This document shows, piece by piece, positions 1 to 9,844 of a stretch of 64,000 nt of DNA. The stretch is taken from contig CAYSFW010000005.1 of the NCBI GenBank assembly GCA_964430355.1, forward strand, positions 13,177 to 77,176, given 5' to 3'. The notes below the pieces were generated by a model. That model ran no database searches. It was given only the letters and a program-made list of their open reading frames with translations, and was not told where the DNA came from. The DNA comes from an uncultured Thiotrichales bacterium (lineage in GTDB: Bacteria > Pseudomonadota > Gammaproteobacteria > UWMA-0217). The translations under genes and the position numbers were made by a program. Position 1 is the first letter of the stretch, and every line of letters begins with the position of its first letter.

Positions 1-1
1 G

Positions 2-946
2 GTCGAGTGGCTCGATGAGGCCAGCACACGCAGCACCGGCCTGCAGACCTGCCACCGCCGTGCGGCTAGCGCGCAAGGCTTGCTGGCGACGCTCGATGCG
101 CCGGGTGAGAATCTGGTCCACTGGTACGAGACGACCGGGCAGGGCTTTCACCTGCACGCCTCGCCTCTGGAAATCGCGCCCGTATTTCGGAAATACCTCG
201 ACCGACTTCCGGTCGGCTGGGTGTTCACGTCGGCAACGCTCGCCGTGGGTGAGGACTTCTCTCACTTCACGACGCGTTTGGGCATTGGCGAGGTGGTCAC
301 GCGGCGCTGGGACAGCCCGTTTGACTATGCCCACCATGCGTTGCTGTATCTGCCGGCCGGTCTGCCGAATCCTGACCACGCTGCTTACACGCAGGCTGTC
401 GTCGCGTGCGTGCAGCCGCTGATCGAAGCCAACCCCGGGGGGACGTTCCTCCTGTTCACGAGCTTCCGGGCGATGGAGATCGCCGCGAGCGAACTCGAGG
501 GCCGCATCGCGCGGCGCGTGCTCGTGCAGGGCACTGCGCCGCGTCACGAGCTGCTGACGCTGTTCAGGGAAGCAGGTGACGCGGTGCTGTTGGGCACCAG
601 CAGCTTCTGGGAGGGAGTGGATGTGCGCGGGAGGGCGCTCTCCTGCGTGGTCATCGACAAACTGCCCTTTGCTGCCCCGGGTGATCCCGTGCTTGAGGCG
701 CGCAGTGCAGCCCTGCGCGCGCAGGGGCGCAACCCATTCATCGACCATCAAGTGCCGCAGGCCGTCATTGCGCTCAAGCAGGGCGCGGGCCGGCTGATCC
801 GCGACGTCGAGGATCGCGGTGTGCTGGTGTTGTGCGATCCGCGTGTCACCAGCCGGTCCTACGGCCGGTACTTCCTCGACAGCCTGCCGCCCATGCCCGT
901 CACGCGCGACGGCGCGGAGGCGGAAGCCTTCTTACGCAGCCTGTAA
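2..946 (+). CDS. ATP-dependent DNA helicase, DinG/YoaA (Rad3) family, C-terminal fragment (5' end outside window)
   Basis: Helicase C-terminal motif VI-like 'QGAGRLIRDVEDRGVLVLCDPR'. The ORF runs open from the window edge in the 80..946 frame. Confidence 0.65.
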   Translation, partial: VEWLDEASTRSTGLQTCHRRAASAQGLLATLDAPGENLVHWYETTGQGFHLHASPLEIAPVFRKYLDRLPVGWVFTSATLAVGEDFSHFTTRLGIGEVVTRRWDSPFDYAHHALLYLPAGLPNPDHAAYTQAVVACVQPLIEANPGGTFLLFTSFRAMEIAASELEGRIARRVLVQGTAPRHELLTLFREAGDAVLLGTSSFWEGVDVRGRALSCVVIDKLPFAAPGDPVLEARSAALRAQGRNPFIDHQVPQAVIALKQGAGRLIRDVEDRGVLVLCDPRVTSRSYGRYFLDSLPPMPVTRDGAEAEAFLRSL

Positions 947-956
947 ACTTTACCGC

Positions 957-1640
957 ATGCGCCTGCTCGCCCTCGAAACCTCTACCGACGCCTGCTCCGC
1001 CGCGCTCTACCTCGATGGAGAGGTGACGGAGCGCTTCGCGATCGCGCCGCAGCGCCACGCCGCGCTGATCCTGCCAATGATCGACAGTCTGCTCCGTGAG
1101 GGCGGGCTGCGCCTGCCTGACATTGACGCGATCGCATTCGGTCGCGGACCCGGGTCGTTCACAGGCGTGCGCATCGGCACAGCCGCAGCACAGGGGTTAG
1201 CGCTCGCCACCGGATTGCCGCTGCTGCCGGTCTCTACGTTGGCCGCGCTGGCGCAGCAAGCCATGCAGGAAGCGAGTGCGGATGCGGTCGCGGCAGCGCT
1301 CGATGCCCGCATGGGCGAGGTCTATGCCGGGCTCTACCGGCGGGGTGAGAGCGGGCTAGCCGAAGCCGAGTGTGAGGAGTGCGTTTGCGCGCCGAGTGCC
1401 GCGCCGATGCCGGGGGGTGGGCTGTGGCTTGGTGCGGGCTCCGGCTGGCTTGCGTATGCGGATGCGCTCACTGAACGCTTTGGCGCGCGTCTCGCTGGCA
1501 CGCTGCCCGACTGTCATCCCCGCGCCGGTGCGGTAGCCCGTCTGGCTGCCGTTCGATTCGCGCGCGGAGAATGCGTGGATGTCGAAGCGGCTCAGCCCGT
1601 CTACTTGCGGGATCGGGTGGTACAGTCGCCTCGGGGATGA
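957..1640 (+). CDS. tsaB: tRNA threonylcarbamoyladenosine biosynthesis protein TsaB (YeaZ)
   Basis: N-terminus 'MRLLALETSTDACSAALY' and 'GPGSFTGVRIG' are typical of YeaZ/TsaB. Internal ATG at 957 within ORF 819..1640. Confidence 0.8.
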   Translation: MRLLALETSTDACSAALYLDGEVTERFAIAPQRHAALILPMIDSLLREGGLRLPDIDAIAFGRGPGSFTGVRIGTAAAQGLALATGLPLLPVSTLAALAQQAMQEASADAVAAALDARMGEVYAGLYRRGESGLAEAECEECVCAPSAAPMPGGGLWLGAGSGWLAYADALTERFGARLAGTLPDCHPRAGAVARLAAVRFARGECVDVEAAQPVYLRDRVVQSPRG

Positions 1641-1691
1641 GCAGAGCGGGGATACCCGTCGTCACGGGATTCACGATTTCGGCCCAGACGG

Positions 1692-2228
1692 TCAAGACGA
1701 CGACGCGAGCGCAGCCGGGGTGACGTAGGAAAACTTGAGTAGTTCGATGTCCCAGTTTTTCTCAGCGTCGATGCGGAGAATAGCGCAACTCGGGCCGCCA
1801 TGCGTGCGCGTGTTGCCCGCGGCACCCGGGTTGAGCACCCAAGGGGTCTGCTCCGTGTCCAGCACCTGGATGTGCGTATGCCCGTAGATGATCAGGCGTG
1901 CGTCACGGTAACTCTCGCGCAGCCGGTGGTGCGGCGGGTGGTTGCCGAAGCGATGGCCGTGTTCCACGCAGACCAGCCCCCCGGGCAGCGGGATGGCGGC
2001 CGCCTGGGGCAGCGTCTCGAGCCAGTCGTGCTCATCGTCTGACCACACATCGGGTCTGTCGTTGTTGCCCGCTACGGCGATGACCCGGCGCCCACGCTGC
2101 CCAAGTTGCCGTAGGACCTCTGCTTCGAACAGGTCGCCGGCGTGGATGATGAGGTCCGCGCCGGTGGCCGCGGACGCCACGCGGGGGTCGAGAAAGCGGT
2201 GCGTGTCGGAGAGGATGCAGACCCGCAT
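1692..2228 (-). CDS. metallophosphoesterase (YfcE-like phosphodiesterase)
   Basis: 'MRVCILSDTH', 'IIHAGDL', 'GHTH' calcineurin-like phosphoesterase motifs. Start taken at MRVCI. Confidence 0.7.
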   Translation of the reverse strand: MRVCILSDTHRFLDPRVASAATGADLIIHAGDLFEAEVLRQLGQRGRRVIAVAGNNDRPDVWSDDEHDWLETLPQAAAIPLPGGLVCVEHGHRFGNHPPHHRLRESYRDARLIIYGHTHIQVLDTEQTPWVLNPGAAGNTRTHGGPSCAILRIDAEKNWDIELLKFSYVTPAALASSS

Positions 2229-2749
2229 GGGCGTGTGTGCCGGGCCAGGGTCGTAGCGCTTCACGTCAGTTCCCCTGTGTCACGGTTGCCGTGAGCCCGA
2301 GTAACCGCAGGGGCTCTCACAAGAAGCGTGGAGCTACGGCGGCGACCGCCGTCGGCGGCCGTGGTATCGATGGGAGCGGGCAAGATGCGAGGCAACATGG
2401 CGTAATTATGGGGGGGTGAACCATCAACGCGCAAAGACAATGAGGATATCGGCGTACCCAGGTCAGCGGCAAGCGATCGCGGTGCGCTCGCAGAACGCTC
2501 AGCGGCCTGCGCAGGCATCGTGATCCCGAGCGCCCTGTTCCCATGTCCCCCTCAACCCACTTCCCCCGGCCACCTCCCAGAGACGAAGCGCTTGACGCTA
2601 CGCCGCTGGTTCGTGCAACAACGCCAGTAGGTGCGACGGCTTTCAGTCCTCACCTTTTTCCCGCTGGCAGGCAATCTTCGCCGTCCGCCGACAAGAGATC
2701 GGTCGATCGAGTGGAAGATCCGCCCAGTTCGATCTGCGCGCCTCTCCCG

Positions 2750-2810
2750 ACGTGTTCATAAATAAGCTGAAGTCATCAATCAAATATTCTTATGGGGGAA
2801 TAAGCGCATT
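2750..2810 (+). promoter_or_regulatory. AT-rich patch in the 700-nt sat upstream region (candidate promoter or leader)
   Basis: 'ttcataaataagctgaagtcatcaatcaaatattcttatg' stands out in a ~65% GC background, about 150-200 nt upstream of the sat ATG. No consensus -35/-10 could be assigned confidently. Confidence 0.25.
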
Positions 2811-2964
2811 CGACTTCACGCCTCAACCCGATTCAGCTACATTCCGTGCGTTTTTTCCGAGGGGGAGGACGTGCGCGTATCAGTCGCGTCTCGGCGGACC
2901 TCCAACACGCAGCACCGCATACCAGCCTGTTTTCGAGCCCGAAATCCTGTAGGAGGGATAATCA

Positions 2965-4155
2965 ATGATCAAGCCTCATGGATCAGACACCCTGAATCCA
3001 CTGTTTGTATATGACTCCGAGGAACATCATGCCCTTAGCCACGAAGCCGAGAGTCTGCCCTCGCTACTGCTGAATTCCGCGGCCGCTGCCAATGCAGTCA
3101 TGCTCGGCGCCGGCTACTTCAACCCGCTCACCGGCTACATGAATCTTGCCGATGCCATCAGCGTCGCCGAGAACCTCAAGACCACCGATGGTCTATTCTG
3201 GCCGACGCCGGTCCTCAACATGACCAACGACATCGACGCGGTGAAAGGTAAAAAACGCCTCGCGCTGCGCGATCCGAACGTCGAAGGGCACCCGGTCCTG
3301 GCGGTGATGGACGTCGAGGATGTCGAGGAGATCTCCGACGACGAGCTGAACCTGATCGCCGAGAACGTCTACGGCACGCTGGACATGGAGCACCCGGGCG
3401 TTGCCACGTTCATGAACAATGGCCGCTATGCCGTGTCCGGCAAGATCAAAGTCCTGAACTTCTCATACTTCCAGCAGGACTTCCCGGACACCTTCCGTAC
3501 CGCGGTCGAGATCCGCAACGAGATCCAAGAGCGCGGCTGGAAAAGGGTCGTCGCGTTCCAGACGCGCAACCCGATGCACCGGGCCCATGAGGAGCTGTGC
3601 CACATGGCGATGGAACGACTGCAAGCGGACGGTCTGGTGATCCACATGCTCCTAGGCAAGCTGAAAAAGGGTGACATCCCCGCGCCGGTGCGCGATGCCT
3701 GCATTCGCAAGATGGTTGAGCTGTACTTCAAGCCCAACAGCGTGATGGTCACCGGCTACGGTTTTGACATGCTCTACGCCGGTCCGCGTGAGGCCGTGCT
3801 GCACGCCGTATTCCGCCAGAACATGGGAGCGACGCACTTCATCATCGGGCGTGACCACGCGGGCGTGGGTGATTACTACGGTCCGTTCGACGCGCAGACC
3901 ATCTTTGAAACCAAGGTGCCCAGAGGTGCCCTCGCGATTGAGTTGTTCATGGCTGACAACACGGCCTGGTCGAAAAAGCTCGGACGCGTGGTCATGATGC
4001 GCGAGGCCCCAGACCACACCAAGGATGACTTCATTACGCTGTCCGGCACTAAGGTGCGCGAGATGCTTAGCCGCGGCGAAGCGCCGCCGCCCGAGTTCTC
4101 GCGTCCCGAAGTGGCCAAGATCCTGATGGACTACTACCAAAGCCTGGGCGGCTGA
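2965..4155 (+). CDS. sat: sulfate adenylyltransferase (ATP sulfurylase), homo-oligomeric dissimilatory/sulfur-oxidizer type
   Basis: 'QTRNPMHRAHE' and 'GRDHAGVG' ATP-sulfurylase signatures. Strong SD 'aggaggg' 6 nt upstream of the ATG. 396 aa. Confidence 0.9.
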   Translation: MIKPHGSDTLNPLFVYDSEEHHALSHEAESLPSLLLNSAAAANAVMLGAGYFNPLTGYMNLADAISVAENLKTTDGLFWPTPVLNMTNDIDAVKGKKRLALRDPNVEGHPVLAVMDVEDVEEISDDELNLIAENVYGTLDMEHPGVATFMNNGRYAVSGKIKVLNFSYFQQDFPDTFRTAVEIRNEIQERGWKRVVAFQTRNPMHRAHEELCHMAMERLQADGLVIHMLLGKLKKGDIPAPVRDACIRKMVELYFKPNSVMVTGYGFDMLYAGPREAVLHAVFRQNMGATHFIIGRDHAGVGDYYGPFDAQTIFETKVPRGALAIELFMADNTAWSKKLGRVVMMREAPDHTKDDFITLSGTKVREMLSRGEAPPPEFSRPEVAKILMDYYQSLGG

Positions 4156-4174
4156 TCTTCGTCACCTACTGACG

Positions 4175-4203
4175 CGAAGGGCCCGGTTTATCTGGGTCCT
4201 TCG
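4175..4203 (+). terminator. terminator-like hairpin between the convergent sat and hypothetical genes
   Basis: cgaagggcccgg-tttat-ctgggtccttcg forms a 12-bp stem with 2 G.U pairs. The U-tract is weak. Confidence 0.3.
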
Positions 4204-4411
4204 CTTATCGAGTAGCGAGGCGGATCGAGGATAATACGGTGACACCTAGCGGGGTGGGCGTCTTCGACGGAGCGACCACACCCGAGATTCAAGGATCGAT
4301 CGAAACTGCGTCGCCTGGCGCTTGAGCCGGTCGGTGTGCCGGGTATCTCGCCGAAAGTGCCCGCGCCGCGCTGAATCTCACGGCGGTTTTCCGCAACGTC
4401 GCGGCAAAACC

Positions 4412-5017
4412 TCAGCTGGATTGCGACGGCTTCTCCAGCCGCAGCAGTCTGGACTCGAAATCCCGTTTCATAGACAGAAAATCTTCTGGCGTCAGATACC
4501 TGCGGGCCTCGTCGATCGCCGAGTCGGCCAGCAGTCCGTAGGTCCTGGCTTCTTCGTGGCGCTGCTGACGGCTCAGGCAGATAGCCTTGGCGAGATGTCG
4601 CTCGGCGTTGACGCGGAGCTTTCGGCTGAGCGAGTCACAGAGCGTGCCGAGGTAGTTGTTCGCGAGAAATCGTGTGCCGAGGTGGCTGTGTTCTGGCGGT
4701 GTTCCGGTCGAGGTATCCGTGCCCCGCACTGCCTCACCGCTGGCCATCTCCTCGGCCGAGCGCTCGCAGTCAATGAGGAGGGGGGGCACACTGGCAAAGG
4801 GTGCTTTGTGCGCGTCCAGTGTCGCCGTGATGCTCGGAAATTCGATAAGGCGATTGTGTGCATCGTGCAGTCTCAGCCGTTGGCGCAATCTTTCATGAAA
4901 CAGGCGATGATACAGGTCCCAGATCGCTGCGATCAGGCTGCCCAGTTCCTGACGTGATCCAGGCAAGTCTTGCAAGTTTTGAGCGTGAGCGTGATGCTTT
5001 GGCTCAGTGATTGGCAT
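4412..5017 (-). CDS. hypothetical protein (201 aa), downstream of the Ehr-like operon
   Basis: Long ORF with no motif I recognise. It is separated from the upstream nuoB-like gene by about 620 nt. Confidence 0.4.
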   Translation of the reverse strand: MPITEPKHHAHAQNLQDLPGSRQELGSLIAAIWDLYHRLFHERLRQRLRLHDAHNRLIEFPSITATLDAHKAPFASVPPLLIDCERSAEEMASGEAVRGTDTSTGTPPEHSHLGTRFLANNYLGTLCDSLSRKLRVNAERHLAKAICLSRQQRHEEARTYGLLADSAIDEARRYLTPEDFLSMKRDFESRLLRLEKPSQSS

Positions 5018-5641
5018 TGCGATTCCTCCTTATGATGTCAGCAGGCTGGGTGGTTTGTGCCTCGGCCTCTCGGTATCGACCCATTTACCCTTGGGGACGC
5101 GGCGTCGGGCCGGTGGACGTTTCCCTCGGCGGGTAGGTTGCGGCATGGTCCGTGGCAAACGTCGTATCGGCGGATTTTTCCAAAACCTCAGGAAAAGCTG
5201 ACGGAATGGCCGTGCGGGCCGAGGGGGCGTTGCGTGGTGCTTGCTTCTCGTCTGCCAGCTCGAGCTGCTCCGTCGCCGTGCATAACAGTTCCATGGTTGC
5301 TTGGCTTTAACCCGGGTTTGGTCATCGCCGGTCCTGCGTAGCGGTCCCGGCATTCGATCAAGCGCGCTCCCTCATTGGTAGACCATCCGGGTGTCAACGG
5401 TGCGTTAAAAATCACTTGGCGAAGTTTGGGGCGGAGAAACTGCAGGGTTCGGAAAGAGCGAACCGTGTTCCTCCACGAGCCTCGTGAGGTGATTCAATAC
5501 GCAGCATTGGCAGTCCGCAGCGGGATTCCGAGGCACAATGGGGCGCTCAAATCGGCGGGCTTGTTATGCTGTGTTGCAGGCAGCGCAGATCGGGGTGCCC
5601 TCTGCGGCAGCAGGGGCCTCGCTCAGGGCTCTATGAATTCT

Positions 5642-6172
5642 TTATCGATCCTTACTGACCGCCGCGAGTATGCCCTGAAGAATTGCGATGGGGGCAGGTG
5701 GGCAACCCGGCACTTCGACGTCTACGGGAATCACATCCGAGACTTTCCCGCATGTCGCGTAGTTTTTTCCAAACAGGGCGCCAATTTCGCCCGTTCCGCA
5801 ACCGCAGTCACCCATGGCGACGACCCATTTCGGTTCGGGTGTCGCCTCGTAAGTGCGCTTGAGCGCGACTTCTAGGTTACGGGATACCGGCCCGGTGACT
5901 AAGAGCATGTCGGCGTGACGAGGACTAGCGGCGAACTTCACGCCCACGCCTTCGATGTTGTAGTGGGGTCCATTGAGGGCATGGATCTCCAGTTCGCAGC
6001 CGTTACAGGAGCCCGCGTCGACGTGGCGAATGGTAATGGCCTGACCGAAAATCTTGAGAATTTCTTCCTGCAGGGTTTGAACCCGAGTGCGCAGCGTCAG
6101 GTCAGGATTGGGAGGCGGTTCGGAAACAATCCCTGTAGAGAGAATTTTCTGCAGTATTCGTCGAGTCGCCAT
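5642..6172 (-). CDS. NuoB/HycG/HyfI-like small subunit of an energy-converting hydrogenase-related complex
   Basis: 'GSCNGCE', 'MGDCGCGTGE', 'GCPPAP' Fe-S ligand motifs. The ATG lies 1 nt after the stop of the upstream gene. Confidence 0.8.
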   Translation of the reverse strand: MATRRILQKILSTGIVSEPPPNPDLTLRTRVQTLQEEILKIFGQAITIRHVDAGSCNGCELEIHALNGPHYNIEGVGVKFAASPRHADMLLVTGPVSRNLEVALKRTYEATPEPKWVVAMGDCGCGTGEIGALFGKNYATCGKVSDVIPVDVEVPGCPPAPIAILQGILAAVSKDR

Positions 6173-6173
6173 G

Positions 6174-7724
6174 CTACAAATCCTGCCCGCTGTAGCTGAG
6201 GTTGAAAGACTTGTTGATGAGTGGGAAGTCCGGCACGATATTACCCAGGACCCCAACTTCCATCACGGGCCAGTTCTGCCACGAAGGGTCGTGCGGATGC
6301 GCATAATCCAGTCGCCCGTTCGCGCCGATTCGCACAGCAATGATCACGGGACCCCTCCAGCCCTCAACCCAACCCAAGCCCTCGCAGTGAGCGGCCGGCA
6401 CCGGCAGCGGCTGGAGGATTTCTCCTGTGGGTAGCTGCTTGAGGATTGCCCTTATCAGCCTCAGGGACTCGAAGACTTCCCCGAATCGTACCGCGGCGCG
6501 CGCTTGGACATCACCTTGACGTTCAAGCGTCATGTTGACATCCAGCTTGTCGTAGGGTGGATGCGGAAACTGAACGCGCAGATCCCAGGCTTGACTGCTG
6601 GCGCGGCCCGCTAGGCCAACCAACCCGAGGCGGGCGGCAAGCTCTGGTTGTACGATGCCGGAATGGGTGAATCGATCCTGCACACCGGCATGTTCGTCAT
6701 AAATCTCTTTGAGATCAGAGACTTCAGCTTCTATCCGGTCGCATAGCTCGACAAGCCGACCCGCCCCACCCTCCGGGATGTCGGACGCTACGCCGCCGGG
6801 TACGATTCGGTCAAACAAGTAGCGGTGACCAAATACTTCCGCGGACAATCTGAGCCAGTTTTCCTTGAGGCGCCAGAATTGCATGAAACCGAAAGACAAT
6901 GCCACGTCGTTGCCGAGGTAGCCGAGGTCGCCGAGGTGATTGGCGACACGCTCCATCTCGAGGAACAGCCCTCGCAACCATGAGGCACGTTCGGGCACTT
7001 GGCTGCCTGTCGCACTCTCCACCGCCATGCAATATGCCCAGGCGTAAGCGATGTGGGAATCGCCCGACACGCGGCCCGCGAGCTTGGCACCCAAACCAAG
7101 ATCGATACCGCGAAAGCGCTGTTCGATACCCTTGTGGGTGTAGCCCAAGCGCTCCTCGAGTTTGAGGATTCGATCGCCGATGATGGAAAAACGGAAATGG
7201 CCTGGCTCGATAGTCCCGGCGTGAATTGGCCCAACGGGTATCTCATGGACGCCATCGCCCTCGACCCGAATGAAAGGATAGGCATCCGTCTCGCTTGTGG
7301 GCGGCGTTGCCGGATCGAAGTCGACACGCAGCGGGTATACCATGCGGGGCCATGCGCCGTGACGCAACCACTTGCGGTCGTCGACTGCGCCATCTGCGCG
7401 AATGCCGAGGAGGTCGAACGTCGCGCGCTGCATACGATCCGCCTGTGGAAAGGTTGATGCGAGATCAGGGTAGACCGGCGTATTCCCATCGAGTGAACTC
7501 GTTGTCCAGATCAGGCCGACGCGGCAGAGAAATGCCACATGAATTGAAAAGCCACGGCCAAACTGCCGGTCGTCGGACCCCCAGAGGGCGAGCAAAGTGC
7601 CTCCCTCATCCCTTACACCCAAGGCAAAGGAGGGGAGACGATTGGGATCGAGCGAAAACCGCCATATGGTTCCCCACTGCTGAGGAATGAGGTTGAGGTC
7701 GATGCTTCCCATCTGATGTTCCAT
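6174..7724 (-). CDS. fused NuoC-NuoD / HycE-HyfG-like large subunit, without [NiFe]-binding cysteines
   Basis: 'PVGPIHAGTIEPGHFRF' large-subunit core. No DPCxxC at the C-terminus (ends ...NLSYSGQDL) and no N-terminal RxCGxC. Confidence 0.8.
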   Translation of the reverse strand: MEHQMGSIDLNLIPQQWGTIWRFSLDPNRLPSFALGVRDEGGTLLALWGSDDRQFGRGFSIHVAFLCRVGLIWTTSSLDGNTPVYPDLASTFPQADRMQRATFDLLGIRADGAVDDRKWLRHGAWPRMVYPLRVDFDPATPPTSETDAYPFIRVEGDGVHEIPVGPIHAGTIEPGHFRFSIIGDRILKLEERLGYTHKGIEQRFRGIDLGLGAKLAGRVSGDSHIAYAWAYCMAVESATGSQVPERASWLRGLFLEMERVANHLGDLGYLGNDVALSFGFMQFWRLKENWLRLSAEVFGHRYLFDRIVPGGVASDIPEGGAGRLVELCDRIEAEVSDLKEIYDEHAGVQDRFTHSGIVQPELAARLGLVGLAGRASSQAWDLRVQFPHPPYDKLDVNMTLERQGDVQARAAVRFGEVFESLRLIRAILKQLPTGEILQPLPVPAAHCEGLGWVEGWRGPVIIAVRIGANGRLDYAHPHDPSWQNWPVMEVGVLGNIVPDFPLINKSFNLSYSGQDL

Positions 7725-7725
7725 G

Positions 7726-9177
7726 TCAGCCCCCTAACAACTGCGCCGCTTGACGGTACCAGGTAGCCAGGTAGGGCGGAATGAACAACCCGAGCATCAG
7801 CACCAGGACCAAGTGCACGAAAACTGGAGTCAAGGCAGGCTGATGGGGCAATCGCGGGAGTTGCGTCTCACCAAAAACCATTGGCTGCACCTTGCCGAAA
7901 ATCGAGGCGAACGCAACACCTAGGGCGACGAGCAGAAACGGCGTCGCCCAAGGATGCTCGTGCATCGCGGTGGTAATGATCAGAAATTCACTCGCAAAGA
8001 CACCGAACGGAGGAATACCCAAAATGGCTACCGTGCCGAGCATGAGACCCCAGCCGATGGTCGGATTGGTCTTGATCAGGCCGCGGATACTCTCCATGCG
8101 CTGAGTGCCTGCGCTTTGGGTGGCGTGTCCCACCGCGAAAAAAATGGCCGATTTCGTCAAAGAATGCATCGTCATATGCAGCAGACCCGCGAAAGTTGCA
8201 ACCGCGCCGCCCATGCCAAAAGCAAAGGTGATCAGTCCCATGTGCTCGATCGACGAGTAGGCAAACATTCGCTTGATGTCCGTCTGGCGCTTGAGCAAAA
8301 AAGCTGCAACCACAACCGATAGCAGACCAAAACCCATCATCAGATTGCCTGCGATCTCGGTGTTGAGAGCACCGTCTACGAGCACCTTGGAACGCATGAC
8401 CGCATAGAGTGCTACGTTGAGTAGCAGCCCCGAAAGGACCGCGGATATCGGTGTCGGCCCCTCAGCGTGGGCATCCGGGAGCCAGTTGTGCAGGGGCGCC
8501 AACCCAACCTTCGTCCCGTATCCTACAAGCAGGAACACGAACGCCAGCTGCAGAACGGTAGGCTCAAGCTGACCCTTCACGCCGTTGAGGTGAGTCCACA
8601 GCAGAGCAGCCCCCCCCTCCCCGAGAACCTTTTCGGATGCAAAGTAGAGCAGGATGGTTCCGAACAAGGCGAGCGCGATGCCTACGCCACAAAGTATGAA
8701 GTACTTCCATGCAGCCTCCAGCGCCGCAGGGGTTCGGTAGATGGACACCAGCAACACCGTGGCGAGCGTCGCCGCCTCCATCGACACCCAAAGTATGCCC
8801 ATGTTGTTTGTGGTTAAAGCCAGCAGCATCATGCTGATGAAAATCTGATAGCTGGAATGATACAGGCGCAGTCGCCTGTCGTTGAGACGACCGTGCGCCT
8901 TCTCGATGCGCATGTAAGGCCGCGAGAACAGCGCAGTGGTAAACGCTACGAAAGCAGTCAATGAGACGAGGAACACGTTGAATGAGTCTATGAAGAACCA
9001 GCCCTCACCGACCATGACAGGACCGTTTTCGATGATTTTCTCGGTGAGTACGGCCGACGCGACAAATGTCAGAAAGCTTAATAACGCATTGATTTCCGGC
9101 GCGGAATCACGATTTCCCCACAGCGCCAAAAATATCCCCCCAGCCAACGGAAGCCCAATAACCCAGTAGATTTCCAT
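7726..9177 (-). CDS. NuoN/NuoM/HyfF-like proton-pumping antiporter subunit
   Basis: 483-aa polytopic membrane protein carrying a 'WLPDAH' (WLPxAH-type) antiporter-subunit motif. Confidence 0.8.
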   Translation of the reverse strand: MEIYWVIGLPLAGGIFLALWGNRDSAPEINALLSFLTFVASAVLTEKIIENGPVMVGEGWFFIDSFNVFLVSLTAFVAFTTALFSRPYMRIEKAHGRLNDRRLRLYHSSYQIFISMMLLALTTNNMGILWVSMEAATLATVLLVSIYRTPAALEAAWKYFILCGVGIALALFGTILLYFASEKVLGEGGAALLWTHLNGVKGQLEPTVLQLAFVFLLVGYGTKVGLAPLHNWLPDAHAEGPTPISAVLSGLLLNVALYAVMRSKVLVDGALNTEIAGNLMMGFGLLSVVVAAFLLKRQTDIKRMFAYSSIEHMGLITFAFGMGGAVATFAGLLHMTMHSLTKSAIFFAVGHATQSAGTQRMESIRGLIKTNPTIGWGLMLGTVAILGIPPFGVFASEFLIITTAMHEHPWATPFLLVALGVAFASIFGKVQPMVFGETQLPRLPHQPALTPVFVHLVLVLMLGLFIPPYLATWYRQAAQLLGG

Positions 9178-9180
9178 GGC

Positions 9181-9843
9181 TCAGTATTCCTTGAGTTTTT
9201 CCATGTGTTTCAGGTCGAGCGACTCGAACGTGTCGCGGATCTGGAAGAAGAATATGCCCAGCACGAAAACGCCAACGAGCACATCTAGCGCCACGCCCAG
9301 TTCGACGACCATAGGCATCCCGTAGGTCGCAGAAGTGGCCGCGAAAAAAAGCCCGTTTTCGATCGACAGAAAGCCGATCACCTGCGGAATCGCCTTGCTG
9401 CGCGTGATCATCATCAGGAACGAGAGCAGCACACTGGCCATGGCGATCCCAAGCGTAGAGCGCGTTATGGTTCCGGCAAACTGCACGATCGGTGCTGCAA
9501 GTTTGAACGCGAAGATCACCAGAGCGATGCCAATGAGCATCGTCGTCGGTATGTTTATCATCGGCTCCGTCTCGCGGCTCACGTTCAGTTTTTTGATGAT
9601 GCGGTAAAAAAACCACGGCATGGCAATGACTTTCAGGATCAGCGTCAATGCTGCTGAGTAATACAAATGGTGCTGATGCGTGGACCAGCCGACGATAGCG
9701 GTGGATAGGGCGAGCGCTGCGCCCTGCCAACCGAATAGCGTCACCAGCCCAACGATGCGACGTTGCGACAGCATTGCGAAAGAAATCAGCAGCAGAATAG
9801 CCGCTAGCAGATTGACGATCTGGAGGTGGAAACTCAGTTCCAT
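9181..9843 (-). CDS. HyfE-like small membrane subunit
   Basis: 220-aa hydrophobic protein placed between the NuoH-like and NuoN-like genes, as in hyf operons. Confidence 0.55.
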   Translation of the reverse strand: MELSFHLQIVNLLAAILLLISFAMLSQRRIVGLVTLFGWQGAALALSTAIVGWSTHQHHLYYSAALTLILKVIAMPWFFYRIIKKLNVSRETEPMINIPTTMLIGIALVIFAFKLAAPIVQFAGTITRSTLGIAMASVLLSFLMMITRSKAIPQVIGFLSIENGLFFAATSATYGMPMVVELGVALDVLVGVFVLGIFFFQIRDTFESLDLKHMEKLKEY

Positions 9844-9844
9844 T

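Noticed and set aside
15-422. 135-aa ORF at the window start
   Set aside because: It is an alternative frame of the dinG-family gene, whose helicase motifs are in the 80..946 frame.
5018-5641. 620-nt gap with small ORFs (5030..5353, 5188..5415) between the Ehr operon and the 201-aa hypothetical gene
   Set aside because: The translations are highly basic and Pro/Arg-rich with no start context. More likely a non-coding leader/trailer. A small RNA cannot be excluded from sequence alone.
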